64,000 nucleotides of DNA. Origin: an uncultured Lachnospiraceae bacterium. Lineage in GTDB: Bacteria > Bacillota > Clostridia > TANB77 > CAG-508. The translations under genes were made by a program, and so were the position numbers. The DNA is taken from assembly GCA_945917765.1 (NCBI GenBank), contig CAMEHU010000001.1, forward strand, positions 29,113 to 93,112, in the 5' to 3' direction. The notes under the pieces are model-generated. The model had not been told where the DNA came from. It saw only the letters and a program-made list of their open reading frames with translations, and ran no database searches. How positions within the stretch are numbered: the stretch's first letter is position 1; every line of letters begins with the position of its first letter. Shown here in pieces: positions 39,506 to 50,339 of the stretch.

Positions 39506-40612
39506 TTACTGATCGTTCTTTAACAGCTTTTGAGATTTGTCTATGTCAATAAAATAAATCATTTCCAATATTAAAATAAAATTATATTGATATGAATAAT
39601 TATTTTCAAAAATACCATATAAAGAAAATAATATAAACACCAAAGATATCATTTTGTTTTTGGAAATTTTTTTGGCAACAGAAAAATTAATTATTATATA
39701 TAATGTAAATATTATAATTCCATCAATATATAAATGAGTTAAATATACATTATCTAAAGGAAAACCCGTAATAATAGATTTATCAAACAAACCTATATTA
39801 TATGTTGTGACATATTTATTCCAAAAATATAGCCTATTACTTAATATCTCATTTAACTTTCCAAATTGTAAATATTTACTTGCGAGAAAAATAGATATAA
39901 TTGTTAATATAAAATAACTATATTTCATATATTTCTCATACTTATTACTGCTAATTTTATCTGTTATTAGATTTAATATAGCCAAAATAATTGCAATTAA
40001 AAATCCTGTTCTACACAAAGTGATTTTATAAAAAAATAAACTAATCAAAAATATTATAAATGATACTTTTATTTTTTTAGCCAGTACATAATCTTTTTTA
40101 TATATCATAAATGAGGCAAATATTGGTATTAAGCACAAAAACAAAATATTAATTCCAGCAAAACCAAAGCTGTATCTTGTCACTATACCATCAGCCATTA
40201 CTCGTGCAGAATTGTTAGATGGCAAAATGCCAATCAAATATAAAAGAATTGTACATATAAATAATAATAATGAATTTATAAAATAATATTTTATAAATTT
40301 TTCATCTCCATTTTCTTCTACAGAAAATATAATTGCAAATATAATTGCAAATAGGAAATCGAATTTTGGATTAATAAAAACTATAATGCCTCCCATTATT
40401 AAAAGACAAATTACTTTTTTAAAATCCTTTTTTCTTATTTTATAGCTCAATATCGAAATAAACGAAACAAGTATAAATAATGTCATAATTATTGTCGGTG
40501 TTTCAAATTTTCCGACAAACAAATAATTCCACATTGAAAAATATTTTAAAAATAATGCTACAAAAACAATAACAAACAAAATCAAATTCTTTGGCTTTAT
40601 TTTCATTTTCAA
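39506..40612 (-). CDS. Wzy-like polysaccharide polymerase
   Basis: About 10 TM segments, RYSFGF, CRTG, SNRLYFW, PLDNVY; last gene of the glycosyltransferase cluster. Confidence 0.72.
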   Translation of the reverse strand: MKMKIKPKNLILFVIVFVALFLKYFSMWNYLFVGKFETPTIIMTLFILVSFISILSYKIRKKDFKKVICLLIMGGIIVFINPKFDFLFAIIFAIIFSVEENGDEKFIKYYFINSLLLFICTILLYLIGILPSNNSARVMADGIVTRYSFGFAGINILFLCLIPIFASFMIYKKDYVLAKKIKVSFIIFLISLFFYKITLCRTGFLIAIILAILNLITDKISSNKYEKYMKYSYFILTIISIFLASKYLQFGKLNEILSNRLYFWNKYVTTYNIGLFDKSIITGFPLDNVYLTHLYIDGIIIFTLYIIINFSVAKKISKNKMISLVFILFSLYGIFENNYSYQYNFILILEMIYFIDIDKSQKLLKNDQ

Positions 40613-40618
40613 ACCTCC

Positions 40619-41641
40619 TTATCTAGAACCAGTAATTACATTATAAAATTTAGGCAACATTTTATTTATAATCTTTGAAATTAATTGTATCAACCACACT
40701 GTTAATATTATAGTTAAAATGTATACTATTATTGAAACATAAGAATTATATCCTAAAATAATAAATAAGATTTTTCTTACTACTTTTATAACAGGCAAGT
40801 GAATACAATAAATAAAGAAACTTATTTTTTCAATATTATATATTTTATACTTATATAAACTAAACATATCCAAAATAGATAATAAAATAATAGGAGATAA
40901 CATTCTATAAATATAATATATCCTTGATGTTTCTTCAAAAGTAGATACAATAATTGCAAACAAAACATATAAAATTATAAATATTGGTAACTTGCTTTTT
41001 TTATTTTTAACAATATTTTCTTTTATGTCATAATCTTTGCTATGTATTCCCATATTTGCACCAAATAGATATATTGGCAACCAAAATATTGGATTAGAAT
41101 ATCCAAATTTAAATATCAAATTTACTGTTAAACATATAAGCATAATAATATAGTTTAATTTTTTTGACTTTTTCATTATAAAATATATTGCAGGTGCTAA
41201 AAAACTATAAATTATTAAATCACGTACAAACCACATACCTTCAGCACAATTAGCCATCAAAATATTTTGAAAAATATGACTTATACCAAGTTCAAATGTA
41301 TTATTAAATAATGTGTTTACCTTAGGAATTAAACAAATTAATTCATAATATATTAAGAAAAATATTGACCAAAAAAAGTATGGAATAACCAACGAAAAGA
41401 ATCTGCTTTTATATTTTTCTTTTATTTTTGAAAAGTCGAAATTTCTGTAAAATAAATAAGCTGATAATATAAAGAATGCTGGAACACTTGCATCACACAT
41501 TACAGAAATAATTTTATATATTTTTGTTATCATAAAATTATTATCGCTAATAAATCTCAAACAATTAGAATGCAATATTACAATTAATAATACAAGAATA
41601 AAATTAATATGTGTTATTTTTTTTGATACATTTTTATTCAC
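40619..41641 (-). CDS. Acyltransferase-3 family (O-acetyltransferase)
   Basis: VILHS, VPAFFILSAYLF, LVIPYFFWS, MWFVRDL, SFFIYCIH. Confidence 0.85.
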   Translation of the reverse strand: MNKNVSKKITHINFILVLLIVILHSNCLRFISDNNFMITKIYKIISVMCDASVPAFFILSAYLFYRNFDFSKIKEKYKSRFFSLVIPYFFWSIFFLIYYELICLIPKVNTLFNNTFELGISHIFQNILMANCAEGMWFVRDLIIYSFLAPAIYFIMKKSKKLNYIIMLICLTVNLIFKFGYSNPIFWLPIYLFGANMGIHSKDYDIKENIVKNKKSKLPIFIILYVLFAIIVSTFEETSRIYYIYRMLSPIILLSILDMFSLYKYKIYNIEKISFFIYCIHLPVIKVVRKILFIILGYNSYVSIIVYILTIILTVWLIQLISKIINKMLPKFYNVITGSR

Positions 41642-43041
41642 TTTTTTCGTTCCTTTCCTAAAAAATCATATTTTATATAATTAAAATTAATACAGAAATA
41701 AAATAATGCAGAAATAGATACTTGTAATAATAATTTTAAATATATATTTTTTATCAAACATCCTATAACTATAATTATAAGTGCCATGGCTATACATTTA
41801 TATAAATATTTTATAAAAAATTTAATCACATTTTTATAATCAATAAAATTCTTTGTACACACAATTTGATAAAGCATAACAAAAAATTCAGCTACTATGG
41901 TACCAATGCACGCACCATATGCACCATATTTCCTTATAAATATTAAATTTAGCACAAAATTCACAACAGCTCCAATAATAGTTGAATATACATAGATGTT
42001 GTCTTTTTCTTTTGGGATTAAATAGCTTGTTCTAATAACATTTGCAATTGATGTGAATATTACAGTTGGAATTAGAAGTTTGATAATATTACCAGTAATC
42101 TCAAATTCCTTTCCAAAGAAAATTGTTGAAAAATCAGAACTTACTAAGAATATTCCAAAACACATAGGCATAATAAAGAAAAATGTTAATCTAAATGTAT
42201 CCATTATCTTTCTTTCATATTCTTTATCATTGGTTTTTGACATGTGTGGCAACATTACTGTACCTAAAGCTGTTATAAAACTAATAGGAATATTAATTAT
42301 CTTTTCAGCACTCTCATAGTTTCCAAGTTCAATAGTATTTGAAAACATTCCAATCATAGTTTTATCCATAACTCTGTATATAGAATATGCTATTATAGGA
42401 ATAAACAATATCAAGCAAGGCTTCAAATTCTTCATAATTTCTTTAAATGATGGTTTACTAAATTTAATATATTTTTTTATATACAACCATAAATAAGCTT
42501 GACTAATAAAAGTACTTCCACTCATCAATAGAGTATATTTCCACAAATCATTGCTATCTTTTACAAATACAAAAGTTAAAATTAATGAAAGTACTTTTAT
42601 TATAATATTTCTACTAATAGTAATTTTAAACTTTTCTATCCCAAAGAAAAACCAATTAATATCCAATAGCACACTTAGTAAAAAAATAGATTGTATTAAC
42701 ATTATTTTCAAATTATATCTATACATAAAAAATATAAATATATAGTAAGCAGCAATCATTATAGATGTCAAAATAAATTGTAAACAATAAATATTAATAA
42801 AATTTTCTGACATTTTTTCTTTATCTTCACTGCTTTTAGCTATTTTTCTCGATCCATAATTATTTATTCCAATTAAACCACATAACATAAAATAGTAAAC
42901 TATTGAATATGTATAAGAATATATCCCTACATTTTCAACACCTAATGCTCTAGAAATATAAGGCGTTGAAATTAGTGGAATGATGAAAATAAAAATTTGA
43001 TACACTATATTATACATAAAATTTTTATTTGTTGTTTTCAT
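41638..43041 (-). CDS. wzx: Wzx oligosaccharide flippase
   Basis: KNFMYNIVYQ...PYISRALG, MDKTMIG, LGTVMLP, YGAYGACIGT. Confidence 0.88.
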   Translation of the reverse strand: MKTTNKNFMYNIVYQIFIFIIPLISTPYISRALGVENVGIYSYTYSIVYYFMLCGLIGINNYGSRKIAKSSEDKEKMSENFINIYCLQFILTSIMIAAYYIFIFFMYRYNLKIMLIQSIFLLSVLLDINWFFFGIEKFKITISRNIIIKVLSLILTFVFVKDSNDLWKYTLLMSGSTFISQAYLWLYIKKYIKFSKPSFKEIMKNLKPCLILFIPIIAYSIYRVMDKTMIGMFSNTIELGNYESAEKIINIPISFITALGTVMLPHMSKTNDKEYERKIMDTFRLTFFFIMPMCFGIFLVSSDFSTIFFGKEFEITGNIIKLLIPTVIFTSIANVIRTSYLIPKEKDNIYVYSTIIGAVVNFVLNLIFIRKYGAYGACIGTIVAEFFVMLYQIVCTKNFIDYKNVIKFFIKYLYKCIAMALIIIVIGCLIKNIYLKLLLQVSISALFYFCINFNYIKYDFLGKERKK

Positions 43042-44167
43042 TGTCTCTTCCACCAACACTTTCCCTCAAATATTTTATTGCCTCCATCTGCAATTCTTTT
43101 ATTTGATTATTGTATTCGGAATAATCCACATCTTTTAAATAATTAAAATTATTATCAAAATCATATGCAATAAGTCTATCTAGCATTTTCAATTGTGATA
43201 AAAGAGTTATAACTCTGTCATCATCTCCATACATATCTCCATTTTTTATAGTAAAAAATTTCTTATTATAAATAGTCGAAAATATTGTTCCATGAAACGA
43301 AGTAGTTAATACTAAATCAGCATTTTTTATATAGTATAAATAAGATGATGGATTTTCGTATTTAGCAAGTTCAAAGCCGAATCTTTTTATCATTCTTGTG
43401 CTATATGATTTACAACTCCATGTTATTACTTTCAAATTATATTTTTTTGAAATTTTCTTTACATATTTACATATATTTTGATTAAAACTTGGACAATAAA
43501 AAAATATATATTTTTCTTTTTCATTAATATCATTAGCAAGTATTTCATCATAGCAAGTTGCTGTTAAAATTAAAGTTGGATCTATTAGTACAGGCACATC
43601 TTTATTAATCATATCTTTAATCCATTTTTGTCCATTTCTTTCACGTATAGATAAATAATCATAGTTCATTAAATATTTTTTATATTTTTCAGGATTTTTC
43701 GCATATTTTAGTATATTTTTTGAACCAAAGCTTGGTGCATAAGCAACTTTTTTTGCACTATTTACCCATGGCAAAAAATATGCGTCGTCTGCATCTGGAA
43801 TAGTCACATTCCAAATTTGGTCACTCCCAGAAACAATACAACTATAATCTTTATCATTTAGTTCATTCATATTATTAAATTTATTTTTTGATAAATGAAA
43901 ATTTTTATCTCTAAATTCTTCGTATTTCATATTATTCATTTTTAATTTTCTATGATTAGGCAACAATAAAATATTCTTTAAAATATTTTTCAAAGAGTTA
44001 TTCTTAAAAAATATTTTATATAAATTTTTTTGACCTTCATTAGAAAAATCTATTATTTCTACATTATCACTGCAATATTTTTCAATGGATTTTTGCATTG
44101 CATATGATTCAAGCATAGAACCACAATTATATGAATTATGAAACGTTATTATTCCTATCTTTTTCAT
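43025..44167 (-). CDS. Polysaccharide pyruvyl transferase family protein
   Basis: ITFHNSYNCGSML, SGSDQIWN, YAPSFG, SIRE, DPT, TSFHGTIFS. Confidence 0.88.
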   Translation of the reverse strand: MKKIGIITFHNSYNCGSMLESYAMQKSIEKYCSDNVEIIDFSNEGQKNLYKIFFKNNSLKNILKNILLLPNHRKLKMNNMKYEEFRDKNFHLSKNKFNNMNELNDKDYSCIVSGSDQIWNVTIPDADDAYFLPWVNSAKKVAYAPSFGSKNILKYAKNPEKYKKYLMNYDYLSIRERNGQKWIKDMINKDVPVLIDPTLILTATCYDEILANDINEKEKYIFFYCPSFNQNICKYVKKISKKYNLKVITWSCKSYSTRMIKRFGFELAKYENPSSYLYYIKNADLVLTTSFHGTIFSTIYNKKFFTIKNGDMYGDDDRVITLLSQLKMLDRLIAYDFDNNFNYLKDVDYSEYNNQIKELQMEAIKYLRESVGGRDNENNK

Positions 44168-44179
44168 TTTTTTCTCCTT

Positions 44180-45154
44180 TTATATTAAAATATATTCTTC
44201 ACTATTTTTTTTGAATTTATTTCTTCGTATAAATCTAAACAAATGATACAAAAGACATTTCAGTTTAATTTTGTATAATGCATATTTAATTTTATTGCTT
44301 TTACTAACCATCAAACATAAAGTTTCTGCCTTATTATATGGAAAACTATATAACCTACATATATACTTCTTTGCATCACTATACTTTTCAATGTAAGATA
44401 TCCTCTCATAAAGCATTATAATAGCTCCTTGCAAGCAAAATTTTTTTATTTTTTCTTTATCATCTTCCAAAATATCGTAATCATTTAATAGATTAGTAAT
44501 TTTTTCATGAAATAATACATCAGAATCAAATATTCTGATATCAAATTTTTTTGTAGTTTGACCTACATATCTTCTATACAAATAAATTGGCTCGTTTATA
44601 CTTTGTATCTTTTCGGCTTTACTTAATGCTTCAATATTAAATAACATATCCTCTCCATTTATTATCTTATCATTAAACAAAATATTATTTTTCTCAATAA
44701 ATTCTTTTCTAAAAATTTTTGAATATGGACCAGCTATACATATATTTTCTTTATTATAACCAATTATATATTTTAGCAAATCATTTTTATTAGAGTCTAA
44801 ATTGTACTTTGAAAAATAAACTATGTCATAATTTTCTGCCATATAACTATTTATCTTGTCAAACCAATTTTTTTTAAGTTCATCATCAGCATCTACAAAC
44901 ATTATATAATTGCCTTTAGCTTTTTTAATTCCTAGATTTCTAGAGTATGAAACTCCATTATTAGAATTATCTATAAGTTCAATATTTTTATACTTTTTCA
45001 TAAGTTCTTTTATAATTTTTAAGCTATTATCTTTCGATCCATCATTTATAAGTATTACTTCGAATGAATTTTCAATATTATCAAAAATTGATTTCATACA
45101 TTTTTCTAAATACTTTTCGGCATTGTATACTGGAATAATTATCGACAATTTCAT
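44180..45154 (-). CDS. GT2 family glycosyltransferase
   Basis: SIIIPVYN, NDGSKD, GVSYSRN, FVDADD, GEDMLF. Confidence 0.92.
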   Translation of the reverse strand: MKLSIIIPVYNAEKYLEKCMKSIFDNIENSFEVILINDGSKDNSLKIIKELMKKYKNIELIDNSNNGVSYSRNLGIKKAKGNYIMFVDADDELKKNWFDKINSYMAENYDIVYFSKYNLDSNKNDLLKYIIGYNKENICIAGPYSKIFRKEFIEKNNILFNDKIINGEDMLFNIEALSKAEKIQSINEPIYLYRRYVGQTTKKFDIRIFDSDVLFHEKITNLLNDYDILEDDKEKIKKFCLQGAIIMLYERISYIEKYSDAKKYICRLYSFPYNKAETLCLMVSKSNKIKYALYKIKLKCLLYHLFRFIRRNKFKKNSEEYILI

Positions 45155-46125
45155 TCTTTTTCACCTAATTTCTTTATTTTTTTCAACACTTTTCTAAAAT
45201 TCACATATATATAAATAAATAATAAATTTTTATTTAGGTACATACTAAGTAATATTGAATAGATTTTACTATTAATGTATTCTTTTTGTATTTTATTAAT
45301 TATACTTATGAAATCTTGATTATTTATAATCGTTTTTAATTCTTTAAATTTGTTTACTTTAGCTAATTCTTTTTCAATTAATATAATTTTTTTGTTATCA
45401 ATTAATTTTTCATAACAATTTTTTGTAATCGAATTAATTTCATCAAGAGATTTATTAAAAGACTTTACATTGTTTAAAATGTTATCACTTGATAACGTAA
45501 TACTATTTGTATTGCTTAAACAATAATAATAATTTGCTTCAGCAAATTTTACATATTTAATATTATTTAAGTATTCAACTAGAAATAATGTATCTTCCAT
45601 AAAATGTAATTCAGATGAAAACTTCATTTTTTTTATTATTTTTGTTTCAAACAAGCAACCCCAAACACATCCTGGAAATGAATTAGCTAGTATTTTTTCA
45701 ATAAAATCACTAACCAAAATCTTATCTCTTTCAGTTTTATTATTAAAAATTTTATTACCTTTAAATGTTTTATAATTACTTCTAACCATAGTATCTTTTT
45801 CACAACAATTTAAAAGAGCTTCCAACAAATTTTCTTCCAAATAATCATCTGAATCTACAAATGTTATGTAATCTCCTTCTGCATTTGCTATTCCCCTATT
45901 TCTTGCACTTGAAGGTCCTTCATTTTTTTGAGTAAAAATTTTCAAAATTATATTTTTATTTTCATTTTTGAACTTTTTACATATTTTTAAACTATTATCT
46001 TTTGAACCATCATCAACAATTATTATTTCATAATTACTATAGGTTTGTCTTTTTATAGAATATAAACATTTTTCAATGTACTTTTCGGCATTATATAATG
46101 GAATAATTATTGAAATTTTTTTCAT
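45151..46125 (-). CDS. GT2 family glycosyltransferase
   Basis: SIIIPLYN, DDGSKD, GPSSARN, FVDSDD, MEDTLF. Confidence 0.92.
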   Translation of the reverse strand: MKKISIIIPLYNAEKYIEKCLYSIKRQTYSNYEIIIVDDGSKDNSLKICKKFKNENKNIILKIFTQKNEGPSSARNRGIANAEGDYITFVDSDDYLEENLLEALLNCCEKDTMVRSNYKTFKGNKIFNNKTERDKILVSDFIEKILANSFPGCVWGCLFETKIIKKMKFSSELHFMEDTLFLVEYLNNIKYVKFAEANYYYCLSNTNSITLSSDNILNNVKSFNKSLDEINSITKNCYEKLIDNKKIILIEKELAKVNKFKELKTIINNQDFISIINKIQKEYINSKIYSILLSMYLNKNLLFIYIYVNFRKVLKKIKKLGEKE

Positions 46126-46138
46126 TTTCTTTCCTCTC

Positions 46139-47185
46139 TTATTTGTTGTTATATATGCATCTAATTTTATTTATATATTTATTAATATCACTTACTTCAT
46201 CAAATTGTTGTAATGCATTTTTAGAATATTCTTTTAATTTTTTATCATCTTTCAACAAACTGATAATAGCATCCTCTAGCTCACTGTCATTGCTTGATAA
46301 ATACCCGTTTTTATTTTGCTTAACAATATCTTTCAAACCATCTGTAGGTGTGCTAATTATAGGCTTACCTAATGCCATTGCTTCTAATGCTACCATTGGA
46401 GTTCCTTCATATCTTGATGTCATAACTAATATTCTAGAATTATTTAAAATCTTGTAAGGATTTGTAACATACCCAAACAATTTTACATTTTCATTTAATT
46501 CAAAATTATCTATTAATTCTTTTATACTTTCGTACAATTCTCCTGTTCCAACTATTGCTGCCTTAATATTGTAACCTTTTACTTTAATATTTTTTATTAT
46601 TTTTAATAATCTTTCAGGGTTTTTAGCATAAGTCAATCTTCCTAAATAAATAATATCAAATGGTTCATATTTATTATTGTCATTTTCTATACTATTGATT
46701 ATTTCCTTTTTATTAATTACATTATATAAAATAATAGATTTTTCTTTAACTTTATCTTTAAATATATAATTATCAAAAGCGCTTTGTGAAACCCATATGA
46801 TTTTAGAAAAATTCTTAGAGCAATAATTAAACATCAGCGTTTTAATATTTACTTTTCTCATATTTTCATGATTCGAATGAACATGAGAAATTATTTTTGT
46901 TTTATTTCCACATATTAAAGAAGCCATAACGCTTGCTTTTATATCATGGGCATGAATTATATCTGGATCAAATTCTTCTATTGCTTTCTTTGTAGATTTA
47001 TAATCAAATTTATTAAGCTTTAAATGTTTTACTTTTCTCTCAGCTAGGCTTGCTTCATTTGGACCACTAGGACTACAATACACCATTTGAAAATCTTTGT
47101 CATTTTGAAATCCATTTATTATTTGGCATGCTACATTTTCTGCACCCGAGAAAACATCAGTACATATTAAATGTAATACTTTCAT
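46139..47185 (-). CDS. GT4 family glycosyltransferase
   Basis: GAEN, IIHAH, SRYEGTPMVALEAMALG (E-x7-E). Confidence 0.9.
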   Translation of the reverse strand: MKVLHLICTDVFSGAENVACQIINGFQNDKDFQMVYCSPSGPNEASLAERKVKHLKLNKFDYKSTKKAIEEFDPDIIHAHDIKASVMASLICGNKTKIISHVHSNHENMRKVNIKTLMFNYCSKNFSKIIWVSQSAFDNYIFKDKVKEKSIILYNVINKKEIINSIENDNNKYEPFDIIYLGRLTYAKNPERLLKIIKNIKVKGYNIKAAIVGTGELYESIKELIDNFELNENVKLFGYVTNPYKILNNSRILVMTSRYEGTPMVALEAMALGKPIISTPTDGLKDIVKQNKNGYLSSNDSELEDAIISLLKDDKKLKEYSKNALQQFDEVSDINKYINKIRCIYNNK

Positions 47186-48327
47186 TAATTCATCACCTTT
47201 CTTCTATATTCTTCATAATATTTTTGAGTTAATTTATTTGCTTCTTTTTTTATATTAAAATCTTTTTTAGAAATTTCGTTGATACAATTCTTTCTTTTAA
47301 ATGATTTATATTTCTTTAAAATTGTATATGTCCACTCTTCTACACTCTGATTTAACGATAAAAACTCAGTAGTATCCAACACTTTTGTTTCTTTTGTCAT
47401 ATCATCAGAAAATATACATAATAATCCTGTTGCTTGTGCTTCAACTCCAACAACTGGTAATCCCTCATAAAGGCTTGGTAAGCAAAATACATCAAATGCT
47501 TGATATAATTCATTTATATCATTTCTTTGCCCTAAAAATTTAACACTGTCCTCTATTCCTAATATTTTAACTTTTTCTTTCATTTCTCCCATTAAAGGGC
47601 CTTGTCCTGCAAGTAATAAAATAGATTTTTCTTTTTGTTTATGTACTTCATTAAATATATCAATTAAAAATCTATGATTTTTTTGTTCAACAAATCTACC
47701 AACATGACCAATTACTAAAGTATCATCTTCTATATTTAATTCTTTTCTTTTTTCTTTTCTTTTCTCTTCATCATATTTAAATTTATCTAAATCAATTGCA
47801 TTGTTTAAAAGATAAACATTACCATTATCATATTCTTTGTTTCCAAACAACCATCTGCCAGCAAGTTCTGAACAACACATATAATCTGTTGCAAATACTT
47901 TGCTAAATGGTCTTAATACTTGCTTTAATAAATTCTTCTTTTTTTCTTTTTTATTTGTCGTGCTATGACTATGTGCAATTCTTACTGGAACTCCAGCACA
48001 CTTTGCAGCAAACAAACTAAAAACTGATAATGTATTAATATGTGAGTGAACTATTTTGTATCCCCCAGATTTTAATACTTCTTTTAGTTTTTTATGATAC
48101 TTAAAAACTTTTTGATATGGTGGTATTAAAATAACTTTACCACCCATTTTTTCTATTTCTTCATATGGAATATTCGTAGAATCTTCATCACATATAAAAT
48201 CAAACTGAATTTTAGTTCTATCAATATGTCTATAATAATTCATTACGACAGATTCCACTCCACCACCAAGCCATTTTCCTATAATTTGTGCTACTCTTAT
48301 CGGCTCATTTTTTTTCACAAAATTCAC
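47185..48327 (-). CDS. GT4 family glycosyltransferase (EpsF-like)
   Basis: GGVESVVMNYYR, RIAHSH, HVGRFVEQKNH, PSLYEGLPVVGVEAQ. Confidence 0.9.
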   Translation of the reverse strand: MNFVKKNEPIRVAQIIGKWLGGGVESVVMNYYRHIDRTKIQFDFICDEDSTNIPYEEIEKMGGKVILIPPYQKVFKYHKKLKEVLKSGGYKIVHSHINTLSVFSLFAAKCAGVPVRIAHSHSTTNKKEKKKNLLKQVLRPFSKVFATDYMCCSELAGRWLFGNKEYDNGNVYLLNNAIDLDKFKYDEEKRKEKRKELNIEDDTLVIGHVGRFVEQKNHRFLIDIFNEVHKQKEKSILLLAGQGPLMGEMKEKVKILGIEDSVKFLGQRNDINELYQAFDVFCLPSLYEGLPVVGVEAQATGLLCIFSDDMTKETKVLDTTEFLSLNQSVEEWTYTILKKYKSFKRKNCINEISKKDFNIKKEANKLTQKYYEEYRRKVMN

Positions 48328-48614
48328 TTCTCCTTAAAAAATCATTGCACTATACAATGCAATGATTAAATACTCAAACTAACTACTATTGTATAATCTA
48401 TACTATATTTTTAAATCAATCTGTTTTTTCTTTCAAATATAATGTTCATCTGAAAGAAACTCGAAAATATTATACACTAAAAGGACTAAAATTTCAACTT
48501 TTTCAGCCATTTTTTTACTCAATTTTGCATAGTAAATTTTGTCAAAATTTATGTTTACGAAAATTCCATTATATTTCATATGGTTTTCTGATATTTTATC
48601 AATATCTTATGTAT

Positions 48615-48645
48615 ATGACTATTCAAAAACTGAATAGCCATTTTT
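48615..48645 (-). terminator. Terminator of the conjugation operon
   Basis: atgactattca..tgaatagccat stem immediately after the hydrolase stop codon. Confidence 0.55.
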
Positions 48646-48657
48646 ATAATAATTCTT

Positions 48658-50322
48658 TCAATTAACCATAAAATAATTAAATTGTGATGATTTACTCCAT
48701 TCATAAGAACTCCATAAATCTGTACCATTACTTCCTGGATCAACAATATTTACATTGTTTCCATTCACTCCAGTAATAGCAACCCAATGTTGATTCCCTG
48801 GTGTTGCACCTTTTACTTCTATAGTCAAATAATATCCTTGATTATAATATTGAGTTATTAGTGCAAGTTTTTCAGTTCTTGATTTTCCTCTTAAATTAAC
48901 ATTACCACCATATTTAAAATTAGGAACTGCTTTAGTAACACCAGCATATTGAAGATTTCCATTTATATCAAAAGCATTATTTGCATTTAGTACTTCCAAA
49001 AAAGTACCTGGATTAAATGGAGTAATAGTTGTATTGCAACCAGATTTTTCTATTAAAATTGATATAGAAGTAACCAAACATCCTATTTGTCCAAGTGTAC
49101 TATTCGTATTTCCAATTTTTATATTTGACCAACTTTGACCATTTTGTCGCCATGATATATATTCTCCAGAGTCAACATTACCATAAATAGCACCATTCCA
49201 TAGTGCAGCATATTTTTGGCTAGACAATTCATTATATTGTTTTAATTGATTAGCATTAAAAGAATATTCCATTTTCATCTGTTCAGCTGTTTTTGAAATA
49301 AGTTTTATATGCAATACTCTTTTCTCAACTTCTTTAGGTAATTCATTAGTATTAATCCCTTGTTCAATAACCTTTTCTGTTTTAACTTCAGATGAAATAT
49401 TATTCATATTCCAAAATATTTCTTTAAAAGTCTTTTTCTTCTCTTCATTCATGGTCATAACTTCTTGGTCATTAACGCCTTTTGATTCTTTTATAGTATA
49501 AACGAGCAATACATCTTTCCACGAAGCCATTGTCCCCTCTAGTATATAGTCATCATGTGGATTCTCATCTTGAATATTTTGCAATCTATCAGCAAATTCT
49601 TGATTACATTCTGCTACTACCTCTTTCATAGTTAAAGAATTAGCACTTGTTTTTTCGCTAGATAAAAAAATCCCAAATATAGAACTGCATAACATGGCTA
49701 CTAAACAAACAACTAAGATTATTGCAACTGCCAACCACCCTCCTGCCATAATAGCTGTAACCAGAGCCTTTGTACTAATAACTATTCCTTTTATTGCTGA
49801 TATTGTTGCTTTAATTGCCATCCTAATTCCCTTAATAGTCGATTTAGCAGTTTCTTTGGCTAGTTGCATTGCTCTTTTACTTACCTTAACACTCTCTTTG
49901 GTCATTTTTTGAGTTTTTATTATGGTATCTTTACTTGTTTTTATAGCCATCTTACTATTTTTTATAGTTGATTTACCAGTCTTAATAGTATCTTTTGCTA
50001 ATCTTTTAGCCTTTTGCTTATCTTTAAATTCTTTAATTTTAATTTTTGATTTTATAATATTTTCTCTTGTCTCTTTGAATGATTTTTTTCCATATTTATT
50101 AAATTGAGTAGCAATGGTACTAGAAGTTATGCTACTAGCACCTGTTACTGCATTGCTACCATAATCAATAGTATTTTCTTCATTATTATTTTTGTTAGAA
50201 TTATCTTTCAATTTTTCTTTTGTGCTAACAATATTATCTTTTAGATTTTTAGTTCCTACTACTGCTTTGTTTAAAGTCTTTATTGTTTTAGGCTTAGAGT
50301 CTTTTGTTTTTATATTAGCCAA
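48658..50322 (-). CDS. Conjugative cell-wall hydrolase-type protein with a C-terminal C39-like peptidase domain
   Basis: Basic N-terminus, TM, then WRQ...IGCLVTS...HWVAI...DPG papain-like motifs; directly downstream of VirB4. Confidence 0.72.
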   Translation of the reverse strand: MANIKTKDSKPKTIKTLNKAVVGTKNLKDNIVSTKEKLKDNSNKNNNEENTIDYGSNAVTGASSITSSTIATQFNKYGKKSFKETRENIIKSKIKIKEFKDKQKAKRLAKDTIKTGKSTIKNSKMAIKTSKDTIIKTQKMTKESVKVSKRAMQLAKETAKSTIKGIRMAIKATISAIKGIVISTKALVTAIMAGGWLAVAIILVVCLVAMLCSSIFGIFLSSEKTSANSLTMKEVVAECNQEFADRLQNIQDENPHDDYILEGTMASWKDVLLVYTIKESKGVNDQEVMTMNEEKKKTFKEIFWNMNNISSEVKTEKVIEQGINTNELPKEVEKRVLHIKLISKTAEQMKMEYSFNANQLKQYNELSSQKYAALWNGAIYGNVDSGEYISWRQNGQSWSNIKIGNTNSTLGQIGCLVTSISILIEKSGCNTTITPFNPGTFLEVLNANNAFDINGNLQYAGVTKAVPNFKYGGNVNLRGKSRTEKLALITQYYNQGYYLTIEVKGATPGNQHWVAITGVNGNNVNIVDPGSNGTDLWSSYEWSKSSQFNYFMVN

Positions 50323-50339
50323 TATTTACCACCTACTTT

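Noticed and set aside
30150-48330. Shufflon or invertible glycan locus driven by the recombinases
   Set aside because: All cargo genes are co-oriented and I found no repeated inverted crossover sites flanking them by eye.
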